Shown in pieces: positions 41,244-55,067 of a stretch of 64,000 nt of DNA. Position 1 is the first letter of the stretch; each line of letters starts with the position of its first letter. Both the position numbers and the translations under genes were made by a program. The stretch is from Eledone cirrhosa (lineage: Eukaryota), in NCBI GenBank assembly GCA_964016885.1, contig OZ024740.1, positions 98,270,001 through 98,334,000 on the forward strand. The letters are read 5' to 3'. The notes under the pieces are model-generated. The model ran no database searches. It saw only the letters and a list, made by a program, of their open reading frames with translations, and was not told where the DNA came from.

Positions 41244-41570
41244 ATGGAGGCACATGGTTTGGTGATTAGAGCATTTGCCTTGCAATCAAAAGGTTGTGAG
41301 TTCAATTCTCAGACCGGGTGATGTGTTGTTTCCTTGAGCAAGACACTTTATTTCACATTGCTCCAGTTTACTGACTGGGGTCCATATCATTCCACTGCAA
41401 AGTGGTCGTGGAGGTGCCACGGCAAAAAGGCACCCAGAACTCACTGTAAATGAGGTTGGTTTTAGGAGGGGCATCCAGCTGTAGAAATCAAGCCAGCATC
41501 AGTTCCCGTCCCACCCTTGCAAGCTGGGAAAAAGCGGATGTAAAATGAAATGCTGATGATGATGATGATA
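41244..41570 (+). mobile_element. tRNA-headed SINE family 2 with RTE-type tail
   Basis: TGGTTTGGTGATTAG head, GAGTTCAATTCTC B-box, TTCCTTGAGCAAGACACTT core, AGGAGGGGCATCCAGC tail, (GAT)n; copies at 45370-45712 (-) and 56693-57035 (+). Confidence 0.87.
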
Positions 41571-41625
41571 TATATATATATACATATATATATATGTATA
41601 AATGATATATATATATCATTTATAC

Positions 41626-41678
<53 letters not shown>

Positions 41679-41694
41679 TGGATATATATATATA

Positions 41695-43872
41695 TCGACC
41701 CAATAGAGGGACCAGCAGTGTTAGTCGAGGGTAGTATAATAAGTAAGGCAATCAAAGATATGAAGACGGGTAAGGCGGCTGGGCCTTCGGAAATAGTTGC
41801 CGAGATGCTGAAGGCATCTGGTACGGTGGGACACACCATGGTCACCCGGATAGTTAACCAAGTCTTACAGAATGGGGTTGTTCCGAAGGACTGGCGCAGC
41901 AGCATCATCGTTAACTGTTATAAGGGTAAATGAGATGCCCTATATAGGAGTAACTATAGAGTTATTAAATTAATCGACCATGTCATGAAGGTCACGGAAA
42001 AAGTAATAGCGCAACTAATCAGAGAGAGAATTGATCTAGATGAAATGCAGTTCGGGTTTGTGTCAGGCAAAAGTACCACAGACGCTCTTTTCATTGTACG
42101 ACAACAACAGGAGAAGTACCTAGCTAAAAGTAAACCCCTATACTTAGCTTTTGTCGACTTGGAGAAAGCCTTTGACAGAGTCCCCCGTTCCATTATCTGG
42201 TGGGCTCTTAGAAAACTAGGTGTTGACGAATGGCTTGTGAGAGCTATACAAGCCATGTATAAAAAACAGTCAGCAGGTTAGAATTAACAACGAATATAGT
42301 GAAGAGTTTAGCGTAAAAGTTGGCGTCCATCAGGGCTCTGTTCTCAGCTCCCTACTATTTATTATTGCCCTTCAGGCTATAACAGAGGAGTTCAAGACCG
42401 GTTGCCCATGGGAACTCCTATACGCAGATGACCTAACACTCATAGCTGAATCAATGGCCGAGCTAGAGAAGAAATTCCAAACATGGAAGCACGGCCTAGA
42501 ATCAAAAGGCCTTAAAATCAGCCTGGCTAAGTCTAAAGTTCTAGTTTGTAAGAAAGAAAATAAGGTAGCGGTCCCTTCCGGGAAGTGGCCATGCTCAGTG
42601 TGTAGGAAAGGCGTAGGTAGAAACTCCATTTTGTGTCCCAAATGCAAAGTATGGGTGCATAAAAGATGTAGTGGGATCACAGGTAAGCTAACTAAGAACA
42701 TAGATATTACATGTGGCCGGTGCTCTGGTGCAATAAGTAGCAGCAAGTGCCCACAAAATACTAGCTCTTTCAACTGCGCAGAGGGTTCTATAGAAATAGT
42801 GGACAGCTGGGCGACAAAATCAGCAGTGGGGGAGGGTGCTCTGAAAGTACAGTAGCTAGAGTCAGAACTGGATGGAAAAAGTTCAGAGAGCTTATACCAC
42901 TATTAGCCGCTAAAGGGTTCTCCCTAAAAATGAAAGGCAGGTTGTATGGTGCCTGCATACGAACAGCAATGCTGCATGGCAGTGAGACCTGGGCATTGTG
43001 TGCAGAGGATATACGCAGACTAGAGAGAAACGAAGCTTGCATGCTCCGCTGGATGTGTAATAGTAATATACGTGAACGGCAAAGCATAAACGAACTAAGG
43101 AAAAAATTAGAAATAAGAGGGATCAGATGTTGTTTACTCGAGAGAAGGCTACGTTGGTATGGTCACGTGATGCGCATGAAGGACGATAGCTGTATAACAA
43201 AGTGCAGGGCAATAAAGATAGACGGTAGCCACGGAATAGGCAGACCCAGAAAAACCTGGGACGAGCTGATAAATTCCGACCTCACACACTTACACCTCAC
43301 CAAGACAATGTCACTGGACTGAGACCTTTGGCGGTACTCAGTAATAGAGAAGACCCGCCTTACCTAAAAACAAAGTAAAACCTACTACAGTCAGTAGGCA
43401 TCTCTAACAAAATACACCCCCGTCCCACCACCCCCACCCCCTCCACACCGCCCCTTTCAATGTAAAGTTATGTTGGTGCCACAACATCCAGGCCGAAACA
43501 AATGAGATTGTGTAGGTGTCACGTCAAAAAACACACAGTTCACGCTGTAATGTGGCCGTGTAGGCAACACGGTAAAAACCTCCCAGCCCCACACTGTAAA
43601 TGTGGTTGGTGTTAGGAAGGGCATCCAGCTGTAGAAAACCCGCCAGACAGTCCACGCTGTAATGTGGCCATGTAAGCAACACGGTAAAAACCTCCCAGCC
43701 CCACACTGTAAATGTGGTTGGTGTTAGGAAGGGCATCCAGCTGTAAAAAACCTGCCACATAGTCCTATGCGAGCAAGATAATCACTCTTGCCTCAGGTGG
43801 GAAAACCCCCGTCCAAACCCATGCAAGCGTGGAACACGGACGTTAAACGTTGATGATGATGATGATGATGAT
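41695..43872 (+). mobile_element. RTE LINE, 5'-truncated: RT with PHD-like finger, 3' UTR and (GAT)n
   Basis: QFGFVSGKSTTDA, LAFVDLEKAFDRVP, YADD, C4HC3 at 42592-42723, WYGHVMRM. Confidence 0.94.
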
Positions 43873-43907
43873 GCATATACATATATGCATATATATATAT
43901 GTATATA

Positions 43908-44838
43908 TATATCTATATCCAAAATTAAGATAAATTAAATGAATTTAATCCAAATCAAAATTGTGGGTGTCATGCCATAACGGCATGCGCCATATCGCCT
44001 GGAAATAAGCTCAAAGATATATCCGAGCATTTTATAATAACTAGAAATTGAATAACATATAAATATACATGAATAATCACAGGAGATAATTTTTACACGC
44101 GTGTAACCACGCATAGCTAGTTTGAGTAATAATTAAATTTATACCTTTAAGTATGATTAACCTTCCTTGTATATATCCCATTAAAGAATATATTTCACCA
44201 ATTAATCAGATGGTAAGTCACGGAAAGTGGATATTATGCATTGTCAACAAGGAAGAATAATGTCCAGCTATCCATGCTCACACAACGAGTTCAAACCCTC
44301 ATCTGGCCGTTCCCACGCGATATGGCGCATGCCGTTATTTCCAGGCGATATGGCGCATGCCATTATGGCATGACACCCACAATTTCGATTTCGATTAAAT
44401 TCATTTAATTTATCTTAATTTTGGATATAGATATATATATACGGCTCCTTAATTGTAGAGCTTTTTCTGTTGAAGGGAATTTGACTGCTATTTCTAGTTG
44501 TCGAATACCTATTCACGCCACTGAAACGAAGCTGCTGTGATGTGTAGATACAACACGTGGTAGCGGCCAGATGAGGGTTTGAACTCGTTGTGTGAGCATG
44601 GATAGATCGACATTATTCTTCCTTGTTGACAATCCAATAATATCCACTTTCCATGACTTACCATCTGATTAATTGGTGAAATATATTTCTTTAATGGGAT
44701 ATATACAAGGAAGGGTAATCATACTTAAAGGTATAAATTTAATTATTACCCAAACTAGCTATGCGTGGTTACACGCATATAAAAATTATCTCCTGTGATT
44801 TTTCATGTATATTTGTATGTTAATCAATTTCTAGTTAT
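43908..44838. repeat. Two interleaved inverted repeats, non-coding
   Basis: 43908-44008 inverted at 44335-44435; 44035-44309 inverted at 44564-44838. Confidence 0.85.
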
Positions 44839-45043
44839 TATATGTATATATATATATATATCTATCTATCTATCTAAGGCGGGTAACATTCCCGAGATCC
44901 AGCGGTCTCTGTCCCTCATTATCGCTGCCATATCCTGCATCTCCAACAGACCAGTGTCTGTCCTTAGGGCATCAACATATGTTAACCTTGGTCTTCCTAT
45001 TCTAGTGTGTCCATTAACCTTGGTCTTCCTCTTCTAGTGTGTC

Positions 45044-45094
<51 letters not shown>

Positions 45095-45098
<4 letters not shown>

Positions 45099-45350
45099 AT
45101 ACTTTGGGAGGGTCATGTTGCCAATAAAAACACGCATCAGTTGCTTTCACTTCAATTCATTATAATACATTTATATATTTAGGAATTTATAAATTTCCGG
45201 TTGGTTGGTTCCACAACCAGATGGTTGTTTATATATTGTCAAAGTTCTTTCGTCACACATTCTGTGACCTCTTCAGTGACTGGGGGTTCTTCTCTTTGTT
45301 TTTTGTGCCTCTCCTTTGTTCTGTCCTACGCCATCTTGCTTTTGTGTGTC
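45095..45350 (-). repeat. pLTR-like cassette with minimal HHR (45238-45280)
   Basis: Reverse complement of the 21.0/39.4 kb family. Confidence 0.8.
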
Positions 45351-45369
45351 ATATATATATATATTATTT

Positions 45370-45712
45370 TCATCATCATTTCATTTTACATCCGCTTTTT
45401 CCCTGCTTGCAAGCGTGGGACGGGAACTTATTCTGTCTTGATTTCTACAGCTGGATGCCCTTCCTAACACCAACCTCATTTACATTGAGTGCTGGGTGCT
45501 TTTTTTTACCATGGCACCTCCACAACCACTTTGCAGTGGAATGATAGGGACCCCAGTCCCTATCATCTCATTTCTAAAGCTGAGTAAACTGGAGCAATGT
45601 GAAATAAAGTGTCTTGCTCAAGGAAACAACACATCACCCGGTCTGAGAATTGAACTCACAACCTTTCGATTGCAAGGCCAATGCTCTAACCACTAAGCCA
45701 TGTGCCTCCACA
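45370..45712 (-). mobile_element. tRNA-headed SINE family 2
   Basis: Reverse complement of 41244-41570. Confidence 0.87.
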
Positions 45713-46243
45713 TATATATGTATATATATATATGTATATATATACATATATATATATAAAAAGGTGCAGAGCACTAGAAGTCAATGGAAATCGCAGAGTG
45801 GGGAGACCCAAGATGATCTGGGATTAGGTGATAAAAGCCGACCTTACCCAATTACACCTCTCAAAGACGATGACACACGACCGTGACCTCTGGCGTCACG
45901 CAGTAATACAGAGTACCCGACCTCCCATGGGTACAAGCTGAAGCATATAGACAATATGCCCCCAAACCCCCCACTGCAAGGTTGTCGTGGAGGTGCCACA
46001 GCAAAAAAGCACCCAGCCCACACTGTAAAGTGGACGTGTAGGCACCACGAAAAAGCACCCAGCACTCACTGTAAATGAGATTGGTGTTAGGAAGGGCACC
46101 CAGCTGTAGAAATCAAGCCAGATCAGTTCCTGTATGAGCAAGGCATGGTCAGCCGACCAGACACTGCCCACAACAGGACAACCCATCTAACCCATGCTAG
46201 CGTGGAAGAACGGACGTAAAACGGTGATGATGATGATGATATA

Positions 46244-46280
<37 letters not shown>

Positions 46281-46851
46281 GTATATATAAAAAAAAAAAA
46301 GACTTTGTGAGCCACCTTTTTTTAAAGTAAAGAAATTCAAACCCACACACACACACACACGCACACACACACAAGCACACAAATAAACACACATATCTTT
46401 ACTTTCTTTATTCAATAGAAAATCTGAATTCTGACACCCCAGCAAACTAACCATATTCACTGAACCAGAACAATTCTCTCATCCCTTTCTCTTGACCATT
46501 ATCTTTCACTTATCAAAAAATTCTCTAAAAAGGCTACAGAATGGATTTCCAAATAAGGGCACAAAAATTTAATGAAAACTTGTTCACGTGACAGCCATAA
46601 TTTCATTTATAACCAACCATAAAATAGCCTTCGTGAGCCTCCTTTTTTCAAGTAAAAAGAAATTCAAACACTCATATATGAAAAAAAAATGTGACAACCC
46701 CCCCCCCCCCCACTCCCTCTTATTTGAAGAACTATTGTAACGCGAACTGGTGCGAATTTTATTTACAAACCAATCAAATTACTTCTCGAAAAACCTGGCA
46801 TTTCGAGCCACTTTTTCCATATAAAACAAGTAACATTCAGTGACCAACCAG

Positions 46852-47068
46852 ATGTGAGAAAAACCACAGACCCTCCATCTCAACTCACCTTTTAAAAAGC
46901 AGAAGAACTGCGAAACCGGTAAAGGAACCAAATAAATATATATATTTAAAAAAAAAAGAAGACTCCAGTTGCATTTTCGATTTCATCTCTTTTTCTTTAT
47001 ACTTTCACTCGTGTAGGACACCTCGGTTATTTTTCATTTTGTAAAAAAAACCTCACTTTCTAAAATAT
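46852..47068 (+). repeat. Single-arm copy of the 7.6-kb palindrome family; HHR core mutated
   Basis: CCTT TTAAAAA GCAG aagaa CTGC GAAAC CG GTA AAGG (46888-46925). Confidence 0.85.
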
Positions 47069-47074
47069 ACGTAT

Positions 47075-47119
<45 letters not shown>

Positions 47120-47247
47120 AGCAGGGAAATGTGGTCGAAAAATGATGAAGATGATGATGATGTATACATATATACATCATCATCATCTTCATCATCTTTC
47201 GTCCACATTCCCCTGCTTGCATATATATGCATATATATATATACTCA

Positions 47248-47290
<43 letters not shown>

Positions 47291-47294
47291 TATC

Positions 47295-47390
<96 letters not shown>

Positions 47391-47416
47391 TATATATATA
47401 TATATATATACATGTA

Positions 47417-47468
<52 letters not shown>

Positions 47469-47489
47469 CATATATATATATAGATATAA

Positions 47490-47575
<86 letters not shown>

Positions 47576-47583
<8 letters not shown>

Positions 47584-47994
47584 AGAACAGAAGATGGTTA
47601 AAGGAGTTCCATGTATTTTATTATGCGCATTTCAAAAACAAACATCATCATGCAATAATATTTGTGTTTTCATCAGATAAAACACGAGGACATGATATGA
47701 AGGCTAAAAAACACTTGTGGATAGTGCAGTTTTAAATCAACATATATATATATAACTGCACTATCCACACGTCTTTTTTAGCCTTCATATCATGTCCTCC
47801 TGTTTTATCTGATGAAAACACAAATATTATTGCATGATGATGTTTGTTTTTGAAATGCGCATAATAAGATACATGGAACTCCTTTAACCATCTTCTGTTC
47901 TTATATATTATGTATACTCCAGTCCTACAAACTGTAGAGTGCTTCTTATCCGATATCTGCATTGCTTTATTGTACTACAATAAAACTCACCTCC

Positions 47995-47998
<4 letters not shown>
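47576..47998. repeat. Second copy of the 36.4-kb palindromic HHR cassette
   Basis: HHRs at 47616-47682 (-) and 47803-47869 (+); same extension ending AAACTCACCTCCTACAT. Confidence 0.9.
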
Positions 47999-48031
<33 letters not shown>

Positions 48032-48140
48032 GTATATTGAGTATATGTTGGTTATATACCAACACCTCAGTATGCAGATTGGATCACTCGACGATGTGCG
48101 TAGGTTGGTTTGGTTACTCCGGAGTAATATAAATTAAACT

Positions 48141-48211
48141 AAAATAAATAAGTCAAATGTTTAAAATGTGGCCTCGGCGCCAAATTTTAAACACTTGACT
48201 TATTTATTTTA
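48141..48211. repeat. Small palindrome
   Basis: AAAATAAATAAGTCAAATGTTTAAAATGTGG...CCAAATTTTAAACACTTGACTTATTTATTTT. Confidence 0.75.
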
Positions 48212-48256
48212 TGTTATTTTATATATATATATGCATACACATACAGATATGTGTAA

Positions 48257-48332
<76 letters not shown>

Positions 48333-48348
48333 TATATATACATATATC

Positions 48349-48392
<44 letters not shown>

Positions 48393-48777
48393 CGGTATGT
48401 GTATGTTTGTATTTGAGTGTTTATGTAAACTTAATGACTGTAAACTATTGATAAGAAAATAAAATGAAATGAAATATATATCTGTAAAGAGGAGGATAAT
48501 TCTTTTGTTTATTTCTTATGCAATTACTAAAGATTTTGTTTATAGAAAGATAAATCTGCCTGGTAACTCTCGGAAATATAACTATTTAACTTTTATACAT
48601 AATTCTAATGTCATTGCTTGATAAAACGCTTTATTTATTTATTTATTTATTTATTCGCATAAATTTATATGGTATTCTCATGATGTAAGAATGTAACAGA
48701 TTAAAAAGTTTAATATGATGACATATAACTATATATATATAGTTTTTATATTGTATATATATATATTAATGATATTT

Positions 48778-48839
<62 letters not shown>

Positions 48840-48983
48840 TTATATATATTTATATCTATATATACATGTATGTACATATCTATAATAACATTAAATATCA
48901 TTAATATATATATATTAATATATATATATATGTATATATATTTATATATATATATATATTAATGATATTTATACATATATGTT

Positions 48984-49032
<49 letters not shown>

Positions 49033-49699
49033 CTATTTATGTGCAAATTTATATTTTACATATGTTATTATAATGTAATATAAAAACATCTCTAGGAAAT
49101 TAAAAAATATTATCTGAGAAAAATTCTTTGGAAATATACGACTAAAACATAACATATGTTGTTATTGATAATAAAGTAGGAACTATTTAGACGTTCTTTT
49201 GGATATTTGTATCAATATTTATACAAATGATATTTTAATAATAATTTCAAAGATGACAAATTATTTGTCTTGTATGCAAAGGAGAAAGTTTGATAAATTT
49301 GCGAAGTTCTCAATTTCTATGCTAGATGAAATATTTTGAATACATCTAGTTAGGGCAAATCGAAATATATCTGAATAAGCACAAATGTTTATTGAATTAA
49401 TAACATGGTTTGTTTGCAAATATATTTATCCACAAGAAATCAAGCATATTGCTGAATACAAGTGGTGCTCCAGCTTAATCGCAGCCTACTTTCTGTGTAA
49501 AATAATGACTTATAAATGAATACATCATATGATATATGGTGACAAATCGGTAGCATTATTAGAGCATCTGAGTAAATAATTTGCAATATTTGTTCTGCCC
49601 CAAGTTCAAGTTATGCTCACGTGTTTCATCCTTTCAGGCTTGATAAATAATCTATTCCTCTTTAAATGCATTGGTGTATATCTGCTTCAGATGTGGGCA

Positions 49700-50800
49700 T
49701 TCATCATCAACATCATCATTTAACGTCTATTATTCCATGCTAGCATGGGTTAGATGAGTTGTCCTGTTGTGAAAAAAGCTGGATCAGATAACCATGGCTT
49801 GTTCATACAGAACTGATTTAGGCTTATTTTCTACAGCTGGATAAACTTCTTAATGCCAACTTCATTTACAATGTATACTGGGTGCTTTTCATCATGACAA
49901 CTACATGACCACATCACAGTGTGGGCCGGGCACTTTTTGTTATATCACCATCGTGACCACTTTGCAGTTTTGGCTGAGGACGTTGGTGGGAGAGGTTTGT
50001 AGGGATTGGGGAAATGTGTATTTAGGTCCATGTGAGGGATGGAGTGTTAGGTCATGGGTGGTAATAGAATGGGGGTGGAGTGGAACACCCTAGATGTATA
50101 CTTCAGCCCATGTTTGGGGTGGTGGTGAAGAGTGGGGTAGGTGTAGTTGAATTTATGCTTCAACTTGTGCTTATGGGAATGTGGATCATCAGTATTACTT
50201 CATAGCACCAGAGATTTCCGTCCTGTGTCGTCACATTTGTGAGGTGCAGTTGGGCAAGGTCAGCCTTTATCACTTCATTCCAACTCTTCCTGGTATTTCC
50301 CACTCCTGCACACTGCATCTGATAACTCTTATGCCTAGTTTCTCTCTCAGTTCACTTATGCTTTGTCATTCACAGCTTCATTTCTTTCCAATTTTTGCAT
50401 GTCAGCTCCCAGGTCTCACTACCATGCAACATTGTTGTTCATATACACACATCATTCAGTCTGCCTTTCATTTTGAGGGAAAAAAATCTTTTATATCTAG
50501 CAGTGGCAGTATCTCCCTAAACTTCTTCCATCTTTGTTTCACTCTGGCTACTGTACTTTCAAACTACCCATCCCCACTGCTAATTTGGTCACCCAGGTAG
50601 CAAAAGATGTCTACTGCTTCTACCGAACCTTCCAAGAATTTGATAGCGTTTTCTGTGGTTGTTTGCTGCTTACTGCTCCAGTGCAACAGTTACATGTAAA
50701 ACCTACATCCTTAGCTAGAGTACCTGAGATCCCACTATATCTCTTGTACCCATAGTTTGCATTTACTAGGACCTTAATCTTTGTCAGCTTGAGTTGTAAG
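49700..50800 (-). mobile_element. Old RTE LINE 3' fragment with tail
   Basis: Degenerate RYSGISGTL..FTCNCC, GKVRTVDIFCYLG, and the tail module. Confidence 0.75.
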
Positions 50801-51044
50801 TTCAAATCTTTCATGTCATTAGAAAGAGCTGTGTCCTCCCAGACCTGGCTGAGAGAGTTGGGAAAGACCTTAATCAAGTCCCTAAGTATTTCAGCTGGTC
50901 AATTTCATTGCCAGCACACCTACTGACAGGAGAGAATACAAAACTACATTCAAATCATGTGCACACTCATGTCTTACATGCAATGATTATCTTGGATATC
51001 CATTCTCTATTATGTTGTGAATAAATATTTGATTTAACATTAAT

Positions 51045-51335
51045 AAGCGTGAGGCTGAGTCAAAAAGTAATGCATTTTTTTCATAAGAGTTGTATTTCTC
51101 AATGAAAATATTCGAAATTTGATATAGGTGTAAAGTCATTACACTCTTGATCTGCATATAATTTCTTTGTTTTTCAGATATATGAATAAATGAACTGCTA
51201 TGAAAATGGCTGCTGGATGTTTGTCAGAAGCAAAGATTAGTAATTGAATTCCTTGTTGCCAAAGAGTAATTCCTGCAAACATTTATAAAAGACTAAAAAA
51301 TGTATACAAAGAAAACATGTAAACCGAAACCATGT
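51045..51335 (+). mobile_element. mariner-like transposon 5' relic
   Basis: TIR-like GAGGCTGAGTCAAAAAGTAATGC; translation KQRLVIEFLVAK..ANIYKRLKNVYKE resembles the mariner N-terminal HTH. Confidence 0.6.
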
Positions 51336-51486
51336 TAGCATTGATAGATGCTCTTCTTAATAGCAGGCACATCACATTTAGTTGGTGCATTTTATTGGGA
51401 CACTAGCATTATCTCTTTACAGAATGAGCTGGATGCATTTTATCATGAAACCAATACTAGGTTAATCATCGTGTTCTAAATCAAGT

Positions 51487-51565
<79 letters not shown>

Positions 51566-52534
51566 TTAGAGCAGGGATGGCGTTGAGAGCATGACAAGTA
51601 TGGCACAGTGAGACAAATGGCAATAGACATTACATGCTGCATGCCAAGTGTAGATTAGGAGCAAGTGTTTGGGTCACAGAGGTGGCTTTGAAGCTAGAGA
51701 AAGTGATGATTATCAGCTTATTGGCATGTGTGGTGGTGAGGATATACACAGGGCCAATATTCTCCATAATATATGTGGGCAGCTATTCTACAAATATTAT
51801 CATTATCATTTTCACATCTGATTTTTTTTTTTATGTTGGCTTGGCATGCATTGGATGAGACTCCTTGAGGTAATATTCTATGGATAGATGCATTTTGTGT
51901 TATCACCACATACTTACTTTTGAAATAAGTTACTTTATAGCATTTGTTTTCACACTTCACACATCAAACTGCTTAGCTATATGACATAAACTAAAGCCAC
52001 TGCTGATAAAGTGGTGCCAATGTGAAAACATGTTGACAAAAATACATATAAACACATACATACACAAACACCAACACAGACACACATGCATTCACAAACA
52101 TGCATATATACATTTAATAAGAGAGGCACTACGTATTCTGGAATCTTACATCATTTTTTTAACTATACCATTGTTCATCATCATCATCATCACCGTTTTA
52201 TGTCCGTTCTTCCACGCTAGTATGTGTTAGACGCATTGTCCTGTTGTGGGCAGTGTCCGGTTGGCTGACTATGCCTTGCTCATATGGGAACTGATTCTGG
52301 CTTGCTTTCTACAGCTGGATGCCCTTCCTAACACCAACCTCATTTACAGTGAGTGCTGGGTGCTTTTTTCCGTGGCGCCTACACATCCACTTTACAGTGT
52401 AGGCTGGGAGCTTTTTTGCCGTGGCAACGCCACGACCACTTTGCGGTGGGAGGGTGTGGGGGAATATTGTCTATATGCCTCAGCTTCGGCTTGTACCCAT
52501 GGGGGTCTTCTCTATTACTGCGTGTCGCCAGAGG

Positions 52535-52742
52535 TCATTGCTGTTATATGCATTTCAATGGTATCAATTATATAATAGATATGACTTCATCAAATAGCTA
52601 TTATGTAATTTCTTAACGTATGTTAATAGGGATTAAAGTAGCAAAATCAAAATATATATAAAGAATTACATAACAGCTGCCTGATGAGGCTGTATTTATT
52701 ACATAATTGATAACATCAGAATGCATATAATAGCAATAATGT
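52535..52742. repeat. Diverged fold-back cassette with a partial HHR-like CTGATGAGGC
   Basis: 52535-52614 inverted at 52661-52742. Confidence 0.65.
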
Positions 52743-52787
52743 AATTAATAAAATGACGGCAGCTTCAAGGATACTGCATTATCCTCC

Positions 52788-52980
52788 ACGTGGATTGGCA
52801 GTATCGGTAGAGTGTCGGACACCTTGCTTTGCAGCATAGAGTTACGCCCCTTTATGATGTGAGTTCAAATCCCGCCGAGGTTAACTTTGTTTTTCATCCT
52901 TACGAGGTCGATGCAATGAAGTACCACTGATGCACTGGAATAATTGCTGACTTTGTTCCAAATGTAGAAACAATTATTAT
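52788..52980 (+). mobile_element. tRNA-headed SINE family 1
   Basis: Same as the 16777 copy. Confidence 0.85.
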
Positions 52981-53447
52981 ATAAACCCAAGTTTTAGTTG
53001 ATCAATACATACAACTAAAAAACAATTACAGATTGATGAACATGAATGAACCATATATCTATATCAGGTATCTATGTTTTGAATTTCTCTTTGAACTTAT
53101 TTTGGGAGACAAGACACATGTTTGAGATATCTCAAACATGACATCTATAACTTTGAATGTAATATATATATATATATATATTTATGTATGTATGTATGTA
53201 AAAGGTAAACAGAAATAACAACACAATCGGTACAGTATAAAAGGAATGATTGACTTTCGTCAAATTGGACCGAGGAAACAATGTTTCCATCGGTCTTTCC
53301 CGTTGGTAATACTCTCTATCGGACGCCACTCCAGGTAGAAGGAGCAACGTGAATCTAATTCTCTAACCACTCACACACACGCCTTCACACGGTAAAGTAT
53401 ATGGAAGGAATATATTAGGTTAACACTTGAAATAGCAGGAAGAGGGA

Positions 53448-53481
53448 CTTGACGTTTCGGACACTAGTCCTTCATCAGAAG
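53448..53481 (-). ncRNA. Minimal type I HHR of PLE type
   Basis: Minus strand: CTT CTGATGA a GGAC tagt GTCC GAAAC GTC AAG. Confidence 0.8.
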
Positions 53482-53504
53482 AAAGAACAACAAAATAATA
53501 TAGA

Positions 53505-53990
53505 TTGAATTCCGACCTCACACACTTACACCTCTCCAAGACAATGTCACTGCACCGAGATATTTGGCTCTACACAGTAATACAGAAGACCCGCCTTGCC
53601 TAAGTACAAAGCAAAACCTACAGTCAGTAGGCACCTCTAACAAAAATACACACCCGTCCCACTACCCCACACCCCATCCACACCAACCCTTTCAATGTAA
53701 AGTTATGTTGGTACCACAACATCCAGTCTGAAACAAATGAGGTTGTGTAGGTGTCACGACAAAAAAACACACAGTCCACGCTGTAATGTGGCTGTGTAGG
53801 TAACATGGTAAAAACCTCCCAGTCCACACTGTAAATGTGGTTGGTGTTAGGAAGGGCATCCAGCCGTAGAAAACCCGCCAGACAGTCCCATATACGAGCA
53901 AGAGAACCAATCTTGCCTCAAGTGGGAAAATTCCTGTCCAAACCCATGCTAGCATGGAAGATGGACGTTAAACGATGATGATGATGATGG
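53505..53990 (+). mobile_element. RTE 3' end/UTR
   Basis: Matches 43270-43870. Confidence 0.87.
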
Positions 53991-54079
53991 GGGGCAGGTT
54001 GGAATTGGTAAAAATGTCTTTAGATAAAAATAACGTGCCAGTGTAGACAAATGGACATTAAATGGTGATGATACGTAAA

Positions 54080-54540
54080 TATATCATCACTGTTTTACAT
54101 ACATATTTCCATGCTTGTATGCGTTAAACATGACTTTTCTGGTACATCATTCCTCCACTCATTGCAATCCTTTGTCATCTCAACTGTAGCTTCCTTCCAT
54201 TGGGATTTCCTGACATTTCTTCACCCTATGACCATCATCCATATGCATCACATGTCATTAGCAGTGCAGTCTTCTCTGCATACTACCTCTCATCCCTCTT
54301 ATAAATAAATTTTCTCTCAGCTAGTCCATGCTGTGTTGTTAATGTATATTAAGATTGTACATATATTGGATGATGCTCTCACCCTTTCTCAATAGCCTTC
54401 ACATACGCTTTTCATTCACTGTCCATATCTCACTCCCATGCAGCTTCACACATTGCACACAGGCATCATACAGTAGGCCTTCCATTCCTAGAGGGAAACC
54501 TTTTGTTGTCAACAGAGGCAGTAGCTCCCAGTACTTCATT
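54080..54540 (-). mobile_element. Old RTE 3' fragment
   Basis: KYWELLPLLTTKGFPLGMEGLLYDACVQC. Confidence 0.7.
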
Positions 54541-54894
54541 TATATATACTTTATGATCATTATCATCATCATCATCATTTAACGTCCATCTTCCACGTCA
54601 GCTTGGACAGGTTTATCCCACTTGAGGCAAGATTGGTTGGGTGACTGTGTCTTGCTCGTACAGAACTGTTTCTGTCAGGTTTTCTAGTTTATATATATAT
54701 CCACACACAGACACACACTTATATATAATATAAATTCAAGAGTGAATGGCATATAAAATGGTACATCAAACACAGCATTTGCATTCATTTTTCTAATACA
54801 TACAGTGGAGGACTGGGTCTAAAAATATTGGATGCCAGGAAATGAAGATGGCCCACCTACAAAGAGAATGTTAGCATTTAATTTTTATAATGAA

Positions 54895-55067
54895 TAAATA
54901 ATTGTTTCTACTGTTGGCACAAGGCCAGCAATCACCCAGTACATTACTGGTACTCTATTTTATCGACCCCGTAAGGATGAAAGGCAAAGTGAACCTCGGC
55001 GGGATTTGAACTCAGTCTGTAAAGCATGGCGTCCAACTCTCTACCGATACTGCCAATCCACCGCCCA
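54895..55067 (-). mobile_element. tRNA-headed SINE family 1
   Basis: Reverse complement of the 16777 family. Confidence 0.85.

Noticed and set aside
44566-44595. CAGATGA GGGTT tg AACTC as an HHR variant
   Set aside because: Followed by GTTG rather than GAAA; better read as a reverse B-box-like motif
46990-47600. Many long 'YIYIYI' and 'VCVC' ORFs here and across the window
   Set aside because: Translations of (TA)n, (CA)n and (TATG)n microsatellites, not genes
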